Shown: in pieces, positions 45,134 through 57,875 of the stretch
Numbering within the stretch: the stretch's first letter is position 1
Layout of the letters: the number at the start of each line of letters is the position of its first letter
Source of the DNA: Folioceros fuciformis
Taxonomy: Eukaryota
Assembly: GCA_049999805.1 (NCBI GenBank)
Contig: JBNGIO010005921.1
Span: forward strand, 1 to 64,000
Reading direction: 5' to 3'
Length of the DNA stretch: 64,000 bases
Position numbers and translations under genes: made by a program
Notes under the pieces: generated by a model
Seen by the model: only the letters and a program-made list of their open reading frames with translations
Databases searched by the model: none
What the model was told of the DNA's origin: nothing

Positions 45134-46339
45134 ATGGCAACAGGTCATGAGGTGGGAGACTCATCCGGAGGACGGGTACCTTCTCGGAATGAGCTGCTGG
45201 CGATCATTCGAAAGAATTCGTCCATTCTTGGGCGGGCATCCCCGGGGGGAGGTGCCGATGAGCAGCATCTGGATTCTTGGTTCTGGCGGGAGATTTTGGA
45301 CATGTACTTTGTGCGGGGCGTTGCAGAGGAAAAAAAACCTCAGGACGATGATCTGCTCTACTTCGTGCGCATCATTGACGATGACCTGGTCATTGTGAGT
45401 GAGAGAGAGGAGCAGTCTGGAGAGCCCTACTTCGTGCGCCGCTTTGCTCCCGAACTGAACAAGGTGATCGGGTCGAGTGCCTGGGAAGTGGACTGGTGCC
45501 GATCGGTGTATCTGAACCTCATTCAGCATACAACCTACTCGCTCACAGTAGCCATTTGCAACAAGGAGGCGCTTCAGGCTCACGTTCGTGCAGCAGGAGC
45601 GCCACCCTTGACCCCTGTGTACAAGGTCACCAAGACGGTCTACGCTTCCCCAACTCGCACAACCTTCCAATCTGATAATTCCAAGGCCTCGGAGACGTCG
45701 TCATCCTATCCTGACATATGTTTTTCTGTTGATGATTTTGCAAACACGTTCGAGGCAGTGGTGGTGTCAGAGGCAGATCAGTGCTTCTGTGTCCTTCTGG
45801 ATGCCTGCGGTGGAGCTGCTCTTCCCCTTCCCGGAGATGGAGATGACACCAGGAGTGTATCGGTCACACGGCTGCCAGGTGAAGAAGCAGCCCCCGGACC
45901 TAGCTCCTCCAAAGTCACCTTGTTTTCCGGATTCGTCAGCTACTCCATGTTGAACTCAGCTTTCGAGAACGGCCGGCCCAAGTTCGCAGGTTTGCATCTC
46001 GGAGGCTCCTCCTCAAGGTCCGAGAGGCTGATCATGAGGGGTCCTGGTGGAAGGGGAGAAGTGGACTTGGCAGTTTCCATTGTTCCTTCAGAGGACGATA
46101 GCAGGGCGCAAGGATCCTCGGGAGGAGTTCCACCATCTCCCACCAAACCTGGGGTGAAGCCAGGCCTGGGCACCGTAGTCTGGAAGGCCGCTATGGCAGC
46201 TTCCTCAATTGCAAAAAATGTAGTGAATGGTGGAAGGCATGAGCTGGGTTCTCCAGGTTCCCAAGTTCCCCTCCGTTGCTGCCTCATGTCCCTGTCTCTC
46301 CCCTGGAATTCCTTGGCTCATGACCTCTTATTCAAATAG
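45134..46339 (+). CDS. DUF2045 / KIAA0930-homolog protein (plant CW7-like), intronless
   Basis: FWREILDMYF, DDDLLYFVR, VDWCRSVYLNLI, KTVYASP, YPDICFSVDDF, LFSGFVSY, MRGPGGRGEVDLAVS and LRCCLMSLSLPW in a 401-aa continuous ORF. Confidence 0.85.
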   Translation: MATGHEVGDSSGGRVPSRNELLAIIRKNSSILGRASPGGGADEQHLDSWFWREILDMYFVRGVAEEKKPQDDDLLYFVRIIDDDLVIVSEREEQSGEPYFVRRFAPELNKVIGSSAWEVDWCRSVYLNLIQHTTYSLTVAICNKEALQAHVRAAGAPPLTPVYKVTKTVYASPTRTTFQSDNSKASETSSSYPDICFSVDDFANTFEAVVVSEADQCFCVLLDACGGAALPLPGDGDDTRSVSVTRLPGEEAAPGPSSSKVTLFSGFVSYSMLNSAFENGRPKFAGLHLGGSSSRSERLIMRGPGGRGEVDLAVSIVPSEDDSRAQGSSGGVPPSPTKPGVKPGLGTVVWKAAMAASSIAKNVVNGGRHELGSPGSQVPLRCCLMSLSLPWNSLAHDLLFK

Positions 46340-48035
46340 CTAACCCACTCCTAATTCCTCGTTCATCATCTTCTATCTCCTTCCGCCTCTGTCCATCCCC
46401 GATTTCATCGAGTCCAAAACCCGCAAATAGTGTGGGAATTTCGCTGGGTGAGCGAGCATCATATATGTAGTCTCTTGACCGAACTCAAATCATGTATCAT
46501 ACTTACCTTCTGGTTGCTGATCACAGAGGTTGCTGTTCGTTACCGAGGGCAGTGCCTTCTGAAATAAAAAAGAAAAGAAAAAGGAAAGGTGTGGTGCCTT
46601 GTGGCCGTGGTTTACATGCATCACTCTCAGTCTTGCACGCGAAGCGTGAAGACCTATACACGAAAAGTCGCACCAATCACTCCAGAGAAGCGGAGCTGGA
46701 TGCCATGCCCGAACATCCCCATTGGGCAAGCAGCAGATGAGGTATAAGGTGACGACATGCATGATCAGCAGACCAGAAGAGACTGCAGTAAAAACCAGTA
46801 AAACGGACGAGGACAAAACAGGATTAGAAGAAGGTGGTGGTGTTGGTCTTGGGTTGTGCCTCCCCAAGACTGTGCGGTGTGTGGCCCAGAGATTCCAAAG
46901 AGAAGGAAGGGCAGCCTCGGGGTTTTACAAGGGTCAGTGGGGATCGTCATCAACGACTGGTTCCAGATGATGCCATGTGGGAGGGCAAGTGGGCTTTTGA
47001 CTGGGACTATCCGCCTGCTTTCTCGCAGCGACGCCGGACGCATACTCTGGTTGCCGGAAAGCATGGGTCAATCTGCACCCATTTCTGAACATTACACCCG
47101 AGTCCGATGCCGATGTAGGCCGGGTTAAAAAAACACAAATGGCAAACACAGGATGGGCAAACAGCCCGGAAGGAGAGAAAGGATCGGAATTTGAATAAGC
47201 AAGCTCCCGTGGGCCGTCACACAAGGCCACGGCCAGTAGAGGTGGGAGACTAGTTTAGGTTGTGACGACCCCACACCCGGGACAGGACCGCTCATCCCAT
47301 CTCTCTCGCTTTGCCTTCCCCTGCCTCCCCGGAGTCGATCGGTCCCCGGCCAGGCCAGGGCCAGGCCGGCACGGGCACGGGCACGCCAGCAGCTGCAGAT
47401 TAGCTGCGTGGGTGGCGGGAAGGGGCGATGCAGACTGCGGAGGTCATACGGGTTTGAATTTGTGAGCTCGCGTGGGCTGGCTCTGAGCGACGTGAGCTGC
47501 TTGGGGCGGCTGCTCTTGTTTGCCTCGTGGGTCGATGCGGGCTGGAGCTGATCGAGCTCGGAGGGCGGGGCAGGATTCGGGGCGGCGAATTGTGCGGTTG
47601 CCTGGATGCATGCCTGCAGCTGGGTGCAGGGATGTAATCGCGGGATCCGTCGTTGCGGACACGGGCAATTCCGGGCTAGGTTTGTCGGGCTCGGATGGGT
47701 AATGGCTGGGACGGAGGATGAGGCTGAGGAGATGCTGGGTTAGCAGATCGGGCGGCACAGGGGCCGCGGTGGCTGCTTCCACTGTTGCCTGCGGTTGTGG
47801 GTGGTGTTGCGGAAGAGCGAATTCTGTGGGTAGTTTGTGTTGGGGTGCGGGAATTGGGAGGCATCGGAAGAATTTGTGGGAACAGGAGTGTTAGGTGAGG
47901 GCGATCTTCTGCGCGTTGTGTAATTGCACCAGCTGAGGAGCATGAGTGGGGAGTGGTGGGCGATCGCTGCAAGCCGGTTGGCGGAGCTGGGGTTCAGGAT
48001 CTGGCAGAGGGCTGTGTCGTGACAGGGTATCGGAG

Positions 48036-51000
48036 ATGGGGGCTGTCTGCTCCAGGAAGGCAACTTCCGACGAGCCGGAGCAGGGGAGTGAGATTTTCGA
48101 TGCAGGAGGAGGTGGGGCAAGGGGTAGGGNNNNNNNNNNNNNNNNNNNNNNNNNNNNNNNNNNNNNNNNNNNNNNNNNNNNNNNNNNNNNNNNNNNNNNN
48201 NNNNNNNNNNNNNNNNNNNNNNNNNNNNNGGGTAGGGGTGAGACTTGGACTTCGATGCCGAACGGGCCGGAGAAGACCGACATGGTTGCCAAGGTCCCGG
48301 AGGTGATGGAGAAGGATCCCTCCTGCCCCGCCAAGAAAGGAGTGCTTTTCAATTTCGAGAGTAACGAGACGTTTGATCGGGAAGCTGATGATAACCCTGA
48401 AAAGAAGCGCCTGTCTAGAGTGCTCTCGAATAAAGCTAGGACTGCAAGAGTGAAGACGAGTACAGTGGCAAGGATGGGTGCTGCTAAGGTGTGTCCGGAC
48501 AGGACGAGTTGGCTGCTAGTTGACAATAGGTAGGTTCAGTGAAGGGAAGTGAGCTCACGTTGTGGTTGCGTTTCTTGCAGATGTCTGAAGTGAAGTCCCT
48601 GCTGGGTAAAGCAGGGCAGGCAGGTATAGGGAAGACGCTGGAGGCAATTGACACAATTGGGAGCACCTTCACGAACCTGAATGCAGGAACGGTAGCCAAG
48701 GGGAACAAAATTGGGATTCTGGCTTTTGAGATTGCCAACACCGTTGTGAAGGGGAACAACCTGAAACTCTCGCTATCAGTAGAAGAAATAAAGATCTTGA
48801 AGGAGGAAATTCTGGTCTCGGAAGGAGTGCAACGTTTGGTGTCCCAGGACATGGATGTGTTGTTGCGCATTGCTGCCGCTGACAAAAGGTAGTGCTGTTA
48901 GTTTGAGGGCTTTATTGCATTCAGACCTGCAGGAGAATGGTCAACTCTGGAGTTCTATCATTTGACAATGCTGTCTAGCTGTAAGCTGACCGGATGAGGA
49001 AATGATATCCTTGCAGAGAGGAACTCAAAATTTTTTCCGGAGAGGTTATAAGGTTTGGGAATCGGTGCCGGGATCCTTATTGGCATAAGCTGGATAGATT
49101 TTTCAGCAAGTAAAGACACCAAACTCGCTTGCCTCTGGCTGTCTTTCTGAATTCTTGTAGCGTCCTCCTATCCTCTGCCTGAGTTATCTGCTTGATCCAT
49201 TTACTTTGTGTCCCCCTGGATGTTCAGGTTAGGAGGTGAAGTGTCTATTCCAAAGATATCTAAAGAGCATGCAGATGCTACTTTGCACTATCTAATGACT
49301 TTAGCGCAGCACACCGCGGTATGTCTTTGACATAATATCTTTCAGAACCTCTTGCCAGCTTCACAGTTTCCGGAAGGTGTGAGTGACCAGTTGTAATGCT
49401 GTTAACCCAACACAGGAGTTGTATCATGAGCTGCATGCATTGGATAGGTGTCAAGCCGATCTCAAGCGAAAGCAGGCAGAAGACGACTCGTCCAGCCTTT
49501 CTCAGAGAGGTATGCAGACTGCGTTGTCCTAAACTTCATTTGTTGGCACATTGTCAGCATAGGCTGCAGTGGATAATTTTTCATCTGAAATTTGAAGCTT
49601 ACTGAGTCAACGTTCTAGGGGAGAGTATATCTATCCTGAAGAGTGACCTCAAAAGCCAGCAGAAACATGTGAAAAATTTGAAGAAGCGGTCTTTGTGGTC
49701 GAAAATTCTAGAAGAGGTAATTAAGTTTTCTGCTGACAAGTGTAGAGTTAAGCTCTTGAGGGAGTAGGCTATCCGATGTTAATTCTTTCAGCAAAGTGCT
49801 ACCACTGCGGTATTCAACTGCTCAAAGTGACAAATGTTTGAGATATCCTTCGCAGGTGATTGAAAAGCTTGTAGATCTCGTATACTATCTTCATCAAGAG
49901 CTTCAGACTCTCTTTGCTGCGCTTGGTATGTGATCACTCACTAGCATGACCATTCTCTCAGCTGGTTAAACATTCATGCCTGTTTTGGAGAGCTAGCGTG
50001 TTCAACTTGTTTCTTGCGTTTGACTTTTTCAGATGAACCTCCAATTCCATCAGAGGGGCAGCTAGGAGCCTCTGGTCTTGCATTACATTATGCAAACCTT
50101 ATCAATCAGATAGAAAGTCTGGTATGCACTTCCAAGTGTGAACTTGTGATGGAGTGGCACATTCCGTCAGCACATTTCAGCTGAGCTGACAGTTTGGCAG
50201 GTGTCACGGCCAAGCTCTGTTCCTCCTAATGCACGCGACACCCTTTATCAGGGGTTGCCACCAAGTATAAAAGCTGCTCTGCGCAATAAGCTGCAATCAG
50301 CTTACAAGGATGAGGTACACCCAGCTATAGCTTGATGAGCTATTTTTTGACCAATTTTATATTGGGATCATGCCATTAAGTTTCCACGGTTGTGTTTGTG
50401 AAAGCAGCAATCCGTTTCTGAAATTCGAGAAGAGATGGACAAAACCTTGGATTGGCTGGCAGTTGTGGCAGCAAATACGACAAAGTCAGCCATACTGTTG
50501 ATTCTTGTAACATTGCAGTGAAGTGTGTTGATCCTGAGCTTGATCCATTGAACCTATGTACGTTGGATATTGACTACCGCTGTTTGTTCGTTCATGCACA
50601 GGGCACATCATGGATTTGGCTGGGTGGGCGAATGGGCTAATACTGGGTGAGGAACTTGGAGACATTTTGGTTCAGGGCCTCATTTCCTTATGAATGTTGG
50701 AGGTGTCTAATGTTACTTTCCTGATTTCGTGGCAACCTTTCCAGGGGTGCATCAGACCGCAGGCTTCCGGGTCATACAGAGCTTACCTTGCTGCAAACTC
50801 TACACCATGCTGACCAAGCAGTTACGGAGGGATACATCCTTGAGCTGGTGGTTGGACTGCACCACTTGGTGAGCAGGGCAAGAATGAATGGTCACAACAA
50901 ATCTCCTACCAATCCAGTGAGACCATCGGCTCCTCCTGTGCCAGTATTGCCAACTCCTCATGTGACTCAGAGGCAAGGCTCACCANNNNNNNNNNNNNNN

Positions 51001-51384
51001 NNNNNNNNNNNNNNNNNNNNNNNNNNNNNNNNNNNNNNNNNNNNNNNNNNNNNNNNNNNNNNNNNNNNNNNNNNNNNNNNNNNNNTCACCACAGCCATCA
51101 GAGCAGCCAGGAAATTTCCACTGGGAACTAGCAAAAGCCAGGAATTCAACAGCGGTGCAGACAAGGAAAATGCCGTGAAGCGGAGCAACAGGCTGAGCAA
51201 GAGCAGCAGTCACTCGCCCAGCACACTTGCTGGGCACAGCCCTGCTCCAATGTACAAGAAACGGCAGGCAAGCAATGCCCACGCATTGGCCATTTCCCCT
51301 CTGGACCTGGATATCGACCTAATTAAGGAACTAGATGTCATTGACGGGGTTGACTCTCTGAAAGATAGCTCTCCCGAATCATGA
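48036..51384 (+). CDS. PSK SIMULATOR-like protein (DUF3475 + DUF668), ~12 exons, two assembly gaps inside
   Basis: MGAVCS (myristoylation/palmitoylation-like start), KIGILAFEIANTVVKG, SEGVQRLVS, ELYHELHALDR, SLWSKILEEV, LGASGLALHYAN, RDTLYQGLP, AHHGFGWVGEWAN and LQTLHHAD. Confidence 0.9.
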
Positions 51385-52289
51385 AACTGCGCTTCCGTCC
51401 TTCTAGCTCTGTGAAGAGTTTAGGAGTTTTAAAGCTGCATGCCATGGTTTTCCGTTAGAATTGATTCGCCTGCTGTCAAGATGGGTAGTGAAGCACGCAC
51501 TATGTAATTGTATTTCGGGACCTAGTCACGCGTTCCACTCAATAGCAACCCGATTCGCTTTTGCAGTTCTTCGCCTTGGATACCTGTCACAGGTGTATAT
51601 ACTTGAATGCATGCACAAGCGTTTGTGGCTCACATTTAGCACAGGACAGCCACAACGGATCATTGCAACGTGGTGATGGTTGGCCTAACTACAATCACCG
51701 AGCCAGGGACGCACACCTTGCATCTTTTGGTCTCTGGTGCCATCATGTATTGCTGGCCCTTCCTCGTTTATGAGACGTGACTGCCGGGGCTCCAAGTACG
51801 TGAGAATCCCAAAAACAGTGCACACAGCATCGAAGCTCTGTTCAGTACTGTTCATGAAAAAAAGAATGCCATATCTAGGTGCTCATGCAGTGACTAAAGA
51901 AAGGTATACACTTTCACGTTTTTTGAGGTATGAGCTGAGAAAACATTGCTTGCGTTTTGCTTCTTGCGCACTTGTGGCTCGAGCTGTGTGGTTGTGCTTG
52001 CCGAAGCAAGCAATACAAACACAAATTTGACATAAACTTTACTCTACACTGAAGGTCTTAGAATTCGCTTTGATATGCAATACATGAGGTTCTTTAGTAG
52101 TTCTTTCTCCTTTTTTTTTATGCATTTTTCCTCAAATGGTATATACTCATGCTATTCAATTTATGAGAATTCTCAATGTAAGGATCTTGCTGGGTACTTA
52201 GATGGGATGCCCAAAGAAAAGATGTCTTTGGAGCAAATAGCTAGGTATAACATGTAATAAGTTGTTAAGTATCAAGTCCCATGATAGAA

Positions 52290-52690
52290 ATCTCCTACCA
52301 AACCCTTTCTCCTCCCAAACCATGTTTTAGGTGCTATTGGTAATTATCATGTTTTAGGTGCTATTGGTAATTATTAGGCTTGAGTTTAGAGTTAGCTTTC
52401 TCTTCCCAAGCCATGGTTTAGATACTATTGGTAATTATTATGTTTGGGGGGTTAGGTTTCTCCTCCCAAACCATGTTTTAGATGCTATTGGTAGTCATTA
52501 GGCTTGAGGAGGTTAGCCTTTAGGTAGTCATAAGGCTTGAGGGGGTTAGCCTTTAGGTAGTCATTAGGTTTGAAGAGGTTAACCTTTAGGTAGTCATTAG
52601 GCCTAAGGGGTTAGCCCTAGTGTTCCTTTGATGATTTATCTTCTTCTATAGGGTAGATGAATTTTTTCATTTGTTCTTCTAACATAAATA
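52290..52690 (+). mobile_element. 3'-end fragment of the non-LTR family seen at 8590-9620, with internal tandem amplification
   Basis: CATGTTTTAG.TGCTATTGGTAGTCATTAGGCTT...GGTTAGCCTTTAGG and TTTATCTTCTTCTATAGGGTAGATG match the reverse complement of ~8600-8730. Sub-units are repeated several times. Confidence 0.6.
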
Positions 52691-53224
52691 AGATCACACT
52701 AAATACAAATGTAAAAATTCAAACAGCTGTTTTTTATAGATATATATACTACATACTTCAGACGATTTTCAAAGAATTGCTCACAATCCCCAAACACCGC
52801 CCTTAACTTAACCTCAGAGTACGTGTTGTCGGCGCTGTTCGCCTGCCCGCGAAGACGTTCATGATTGGCGGTGTCGAAACGGTCCGTTTGGTAGTTAAAG
52901 AGCCCCATCGTGTACGGGCACCCTGTGCGGTGCACTTCTCATGCTATGTCGCCAGTCGGCATTCCGTTACTGCCTGCCTCCCTCAGAGGTTCAATGCGCG
53001 AAGCTTCCAGCAGCCATCAAGAAGCCATTGTCCGTAGTGTGAGTCTGCTTCCCGCCTTCAGGCCCCAGCTGATAAATGTTGCTTCTCGAGTCCCGATGCA
53101 GAATCTCGTCCGACGCTCATGACTGTGTTGTGATTCCCACAGCCAGTCCACAGATATCACTCACTCGCTCACCCACCAAACCATACTTCGAAACTGCCCG
53201 GTTCCGAGTGTGCGCGCAGCAACA

Positions 53225-53833
53225 ATGGCATCCCGGATTATGCTGGCGGCAATGTGGTTGCTCGCCATGGCGGTGGCGGTGCACGCGACTGACCCGGAGC
53301 TGACTTCAGATTTCGCTGTGCCACCGGGGGTGCAAGCCTCTGCCGTCGACGCCGCCTTCTTCACCTTCACAGGATTCCGCGGCGGTGTGCGGCCGCCGCC
53401 AAATGCGTTCGGGATCAAGCGAGCTTCCGTGGAGCAATTCCCTGCGCTGCAGGGCCTGGGGGTTTCCATCGCCATTGTGGAGTACGCCCCCGGCACCACC
53501 AACCGCCCGCACATCCACCCCCGCGGGTCAGAGGTTGTTTACGTCCTGGAAGGCACCCTCACCGTGGGCCTGGTGGACAGCAGCAACAAGTTCTTCCAAC
53601 AGACGCTCCAGGAGGGAGACGTCTTCGTGTTTCCCAAGGGCTTGATCCACTACCAGATCAACCTCAGCCAGAAGGTGGCCCGTGCAGTCGCCTCCTTCAG
53701 CAGCTCCAACCCTGGGACTGTCCAAGTCGGGTCCGCACTCTTCGCTTCCGGCGTGCCGGATGTTGTCCTCACCACCGCCTTCAAGGTCGACACTTCTGTC
53801 ATCGACAAGCTCCAGGCTGCCCTCTCCTCCTGA
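53225..53833 (+). CDS. Germin-like protein (cupin), secreted, intronless
   Basis: Signal peptide, then TDPELTSDF. Germin boxes GTTNRPHIHPRGSE and GDVFVFPKGLIHYQ. Confidence 0.95.
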   Translation: MASRIMLAAMWLLAMAVAVHATDPELTSDFAVPPGVQASAVDAAFFTFTGFRGGVRPPPNAFGIKRASVEQFPALQGLGVSIAIVEYAPGTTNRPHIHPRGSEVVYVLEGTLTVGLVDSSNKFFQQTLQEGDVFVFPKGLIHYQINLSQKVARAVASFSSSNPGTVQVGSALFASGVPDVVLTTAFKVDTSVIDKLQAALSS

Positions 53834-54949
53834 ACCCTAGCATCAGCATTCAAGCCACGCCCGAGCTCGAATGCTCGGGAGGGATTAGGGTTCGGAGCTA
53901 CCAGGCATTGTTACGCTCCAGCAACATTGTCTGTAAACACCAAAGTGTCGATCACCTGAATAATGCAGACAGTGAGCTGCCGGCTGCACGCGAATTCCGC
54001 ATCCAACTGTGCGTGCTTGTGCAATCCGAGAGATCGTAATTCTGAACACTGCCGGCTGCCGTGTTTGTCACTGTCTGTTTGACGTCGCCCGCCCTTGTTT
54101 TGCTCTGCCGAATGATGCAACAGTTCCTGTCTCTTCGCCACCGTCGGCACTTCGCTGCTCGCTGGAGAAGCTTTGAGGGGCCGGGAATTTCGCTGCTGGA
54201 CGGCACTGGGCATATACAACAGCATATATTCGTGCCATGTGGTGCGACGTTATGGCCCACACAAGAAGTCAAGAAACGTGCTTCCAACTCTCCAATTCCA
54301 CAGGATGCAGACTTTTCCTCCAGCAGATGCGTCTGGTCCGACTCTCGGCCTCCCACACCCATTTCAGTGCATGCACCAAACCACAGTCGGCGCGCCAGGC
54401 TATTTTAATAATCCTGTGGGGCCGGGAGATATGTCATAGCACCGGATTGGTCAAGCATGTCGCTGATTGGCACCGTTTCATCTATTTGAACTGCCTGCAG
54501 GCAGCATCTGTATGCTTCCAGTCTGACTTCAATTCCATCCCGCCTCTCTTTTCTCCTCTCATCTTCCGCGTCTCGTTTCTCCCTTCGTCCTCCATCTGCC
54601 TCGTGGAGCAGTTGAAGCAACGTTACTTGTTGTCTAGGTAGGTTCTTTGATTGACTTGAAGATGGTTGATCCATTGCTTGGCTGCGGTGGTTGATGATGT
54701 ATCGTTTTGCCCCACCTGCTGCATTGGTTGTTGTATCGCTTGGCTTCGCTGCATCTGTCGTCGTGTGGATTGGTCGTACGGTTTTACTGTATTGGTTGTC
54801 GTATATATAGAGGTTTGTAGAATGTCTGTTGTATTGCCGTGCTGCATTGGCTGTTGCATGGCGTTGCAGGCATTCGCCTCTAGGGTAGGTGAGCAACTCA
54901 CTGTGAGTATGTATGTGCGTGATGTAGACTCGGTGACAGAGAAGACAGA

Positions 54950-55564
54950 ATGGCCTGCAGAGTGTTGCTCCTGGCTATGGCCGTCTTGGCCGTAGTAGCA
55001 GTGGTGCAGGGCTCGGACCCGGAGCTAACCTCTGACTTCGCAGTCCCACCGGGAGTGAACGCATCCACCATCGATGCCAACTTTTTCACCTTCACCGGGC
55101 TGCGGGGTGGAGTGCAGCCAGCACCGGGGACGTTCGGCATCAAGCGGGCTACACTGGGGCAGATCCCAGCCCTGCAGGGGCTTGGCGTGTCTATCGCCAT
55201 CTTGGAGTTCGCCCCGGGCAGCACCAACCCGCCACACACTCACCCCCGTGGAACCGAGATACTGTACGTGACCAAGGGTACTCTCGTCGTCGGCCTCATC
55301 GACAGCACCAACAAGTTCTTCTCCCAAACGCTGAAGACGGGCGACGTTTTCGTCTTCCCCAAGGGCTTGATTCACTACCAGATCAACCTGGGCAAGAAGG
55401 TGGCTCGCGCCGTCGCTTCCTTCAGCAGCTCCAACGCTGGAACGATTCAGGTCGGCCCTGCTCTGTTCGGGTCCGGAGTGCCTGATATCGAGCTCACCAC
55501 CGCGTTCAAGGTCGGAGTCGACGTCATCAACACTCTTCAGGCTGCCTTCGCCCCGGCTGCCTAA
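54950..55564 (+). CDS. Germin-like protein (cupin), secreted, intronless tandem paralog
   Basis: Signal peptide, then SDPELTSDF. Germin boxes GSTNPPHTHPRGTE and GDVFVFPKGLIHYQ. Confidence 0.95.
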   Translation: MACRVLLLAMAVLAVVAVVQGSDPELTSDFAVPPGVNASTIDANFFTFTGLRGGVQPAPGTFGIKRATLGQIPALQGLGVSIAILEFAPGSTNPPHTHPRGTEILYVTKGTLVVGLIDSTNKFFSQTLKTGDVFVFPKGLIHYQINLGKKVARAVASFSSSNAGTIQVGPALFGSGVPDIELTTAFKVGVDVINTLQAAFAPAA

Positions 55565-55671
55565 GCTAAGCAGCCTTGCAAAGTGGATTGCCCTAGGAGC
55601 GTGTTGACCGGCAACAGCTTGGTATAGATGTTTGTAAGTTATGTTAGCGTGGCGATGGATGTGGCAAGTGC

Positions 55672-55795
55672 TGTGGCTTGGGGAGGAAGGACAGTAAGAT
55701 TTCAGACTGCTTTTGTGGCTTTGGGAGGATGGACAGTAGAACTTCAGGCTGTTTTGTGGCTTTGAGACGATGGAAAACAGGACTTTAGACTGCTT
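55672..55795. repeat. ~41-bp tandem repeat x3 downstream of the second germin gene
   Basis: TGTGGCTT.GG.AGGA.GGACAGTA...TTCAG.CTG.TTT occurs three times. Confidence 0.75.
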
Positions 55796-57875
55796 GGTGA
55801 CACTCTTGTGTAAGATTCTGAAAAGTTCGGGCGAATAGACAGGTCGAGTCTGCTTTTGCAACCTGACCACTGTCTTGCTTTTAACAGACAGTCCGACTTT
55901 GTGTTCGCAACCCCATTACTTCGCTCTTCTACACTGTCTTACTTCCAGTACTCTCAGTAATGGCAGTATCCCGAGCCCCACACCATCCCCATCAATACCT
56001 CCAACCTACCTTGTCAAACATAAACGGTACCACTGAAATTCACTCTCTTCACAAAACTCAAGTTCCTGGATACACATTGTTGGGAGCGTCATATATAGCA
56101 CTGGACTGAAGCTGAAGTGGCCATCACATTCGACGCATTCCTTGATCAATTTGATCTACATGCATGTACTGTGCCTCTCGCTGACAAAAAGGAGAAAGGA
56201 CCGGACAGTTCTTGTCGGTCTGCGTGGAAACCGCTAGCTGCCAAACTCTTGCCAAGCCAAGTAAGATGCAGTAGGCCGCAGGCATGAAAACATGCTGAGG
56301 CGTTTGGCAGAACTTGTTATGTGGGGTCCTGGCGGACCAAGGGACATTTAGCTGTAATAGGTTTTCTATAGGAGGAACGAAAATCTGAAACAGCTGTCTG
56401 ACTGGAGTAGGTCATCGAGCTAGACAGGCAGTACGTGGCTGGCACAGATCAGGATCGTGGATGCATTGGCAGTCGAGAGACGACGTAAGGGGCTGGAAAA
56501 TGTTGAAGCACGAGGGAAATGTGGCATGTCCAGAGGAAACACCTCCAGTCTCTGCGTTATTGCACCTGTCACCTGCAACCCACATGGCCACCAGCCGATT
56601 TCACGTTCGGGCCCGGGATGTGGTGACATTTGGCAGATGAGCGTCAGTTCCAAGCAGCATCTCCCATGGAATCTTTGCATGGGCTTGTGAGTCGAGGAGG
56701 CAGACCGAGTGGAGCAGTTTTATTCCTTTCTGGTAGTATACGTAAAGATCGAATTACGTCGACACGCTTTGCCCGTGTGGGTCTGGCCCTCTGCCAGCCT
56801 CATGTTGACATTGCGGAGGAAGAACGAATAAATATTGCGCTCATAGACGAGCTGTTGCGCCTCCGTCCACTTGCAGTGCACATATCTGTGGCTTTCCGGC
56901 AACCTTCCTCGAGGGCTGGTGCTTCCCACTACCAAGACGATGGCCCGAGCCCCCTGTCATCCGCTACGTCCAGATGGTACACCTTCCATCTCTACATGTG
57001 GGTTGTGCCTTCCGTCTCGATGTGAGCTTCTGCAATCGGTCTCGAGGGCTTTCGTCTTCATCTCTGTTTGGACGGGCTGTTGGATCAGACATTAATCAAG
57101 CCTTCATCAGCAAGCATTCCAGCCTCCCACGTATCTTTGCGGGAGTGAACCTCGTCTCACATCCGAGGTAAGATAGTACAGCACTGGGCATTTTTCTTGT
57201 CCACACATACCTGCAAATGATCTTTTGTTGACACATAAAATAAAGTTGTGTGCCTTTGGGCCGGTTTTTTATATTATAATAAAATAATTTAAATTTGTAC
57301 CATAACTTATTTACTCAGAATTATTTATTTTTTAATTATATTCTACATGCACTAAAACAAATTCTCTCTCAACAGGACTTTATGTGTGTTGTACTTTTTT
57401 TGGATGGACTTCATATCAACACTTTTTTTGGATGGACTTCACATAAACATAAAGTGTATTGAATTATTTATGTCAAGGTCTTGTTATGTGAAGTGAAGTA
57501 TAATATTTTTGCATCTTGTTCTTGGTATTCAAAACATAGAACTAGCCTTCTTGCATAGAAGCATAAGGAGCTCTAGTTAGCAAGGAGTGGATTCTTAAAG
57601 CCTAAATAAATACAGAGGCCTTCACAAAGCTCCATAAATATCACAATCAACCCTGTATGTGATAGCCCACTGAAGAGAATCTCGCAATAACATTTTGTTG
57701 AAATGGAAAAGACCCTCTAGCTTAGCATAAATCTTTCCATTCTATTAATAAAGAAGTTGAGCAATATTCAATCGATTAAGATTGGGGTTGCATGCTCCCT
57801 CCTTGAGTTTTCTCATTTCCATCTTAAAAATGCTTAGCAAGTAGTTGCTAGGATATTTAGTTAGGTTGTGTGAAG

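Noticed and set aside
46499-46508. ATACTTACCT identical to the U1 snRNA 5' end
   Set aside because: The downstream sequence is not U1. It is better explained as a minus-strand 5' splice site.
55025-55870. 281-aa antisense ORF over the second germin gene
   Set aside because: Shadow of a GC-rich sense CDS.
56400-57170. Several 65-131 aa ORFs downstream of the germin genes
   Set aside because: No recognisable motifs and no consistent exon chain could be built.
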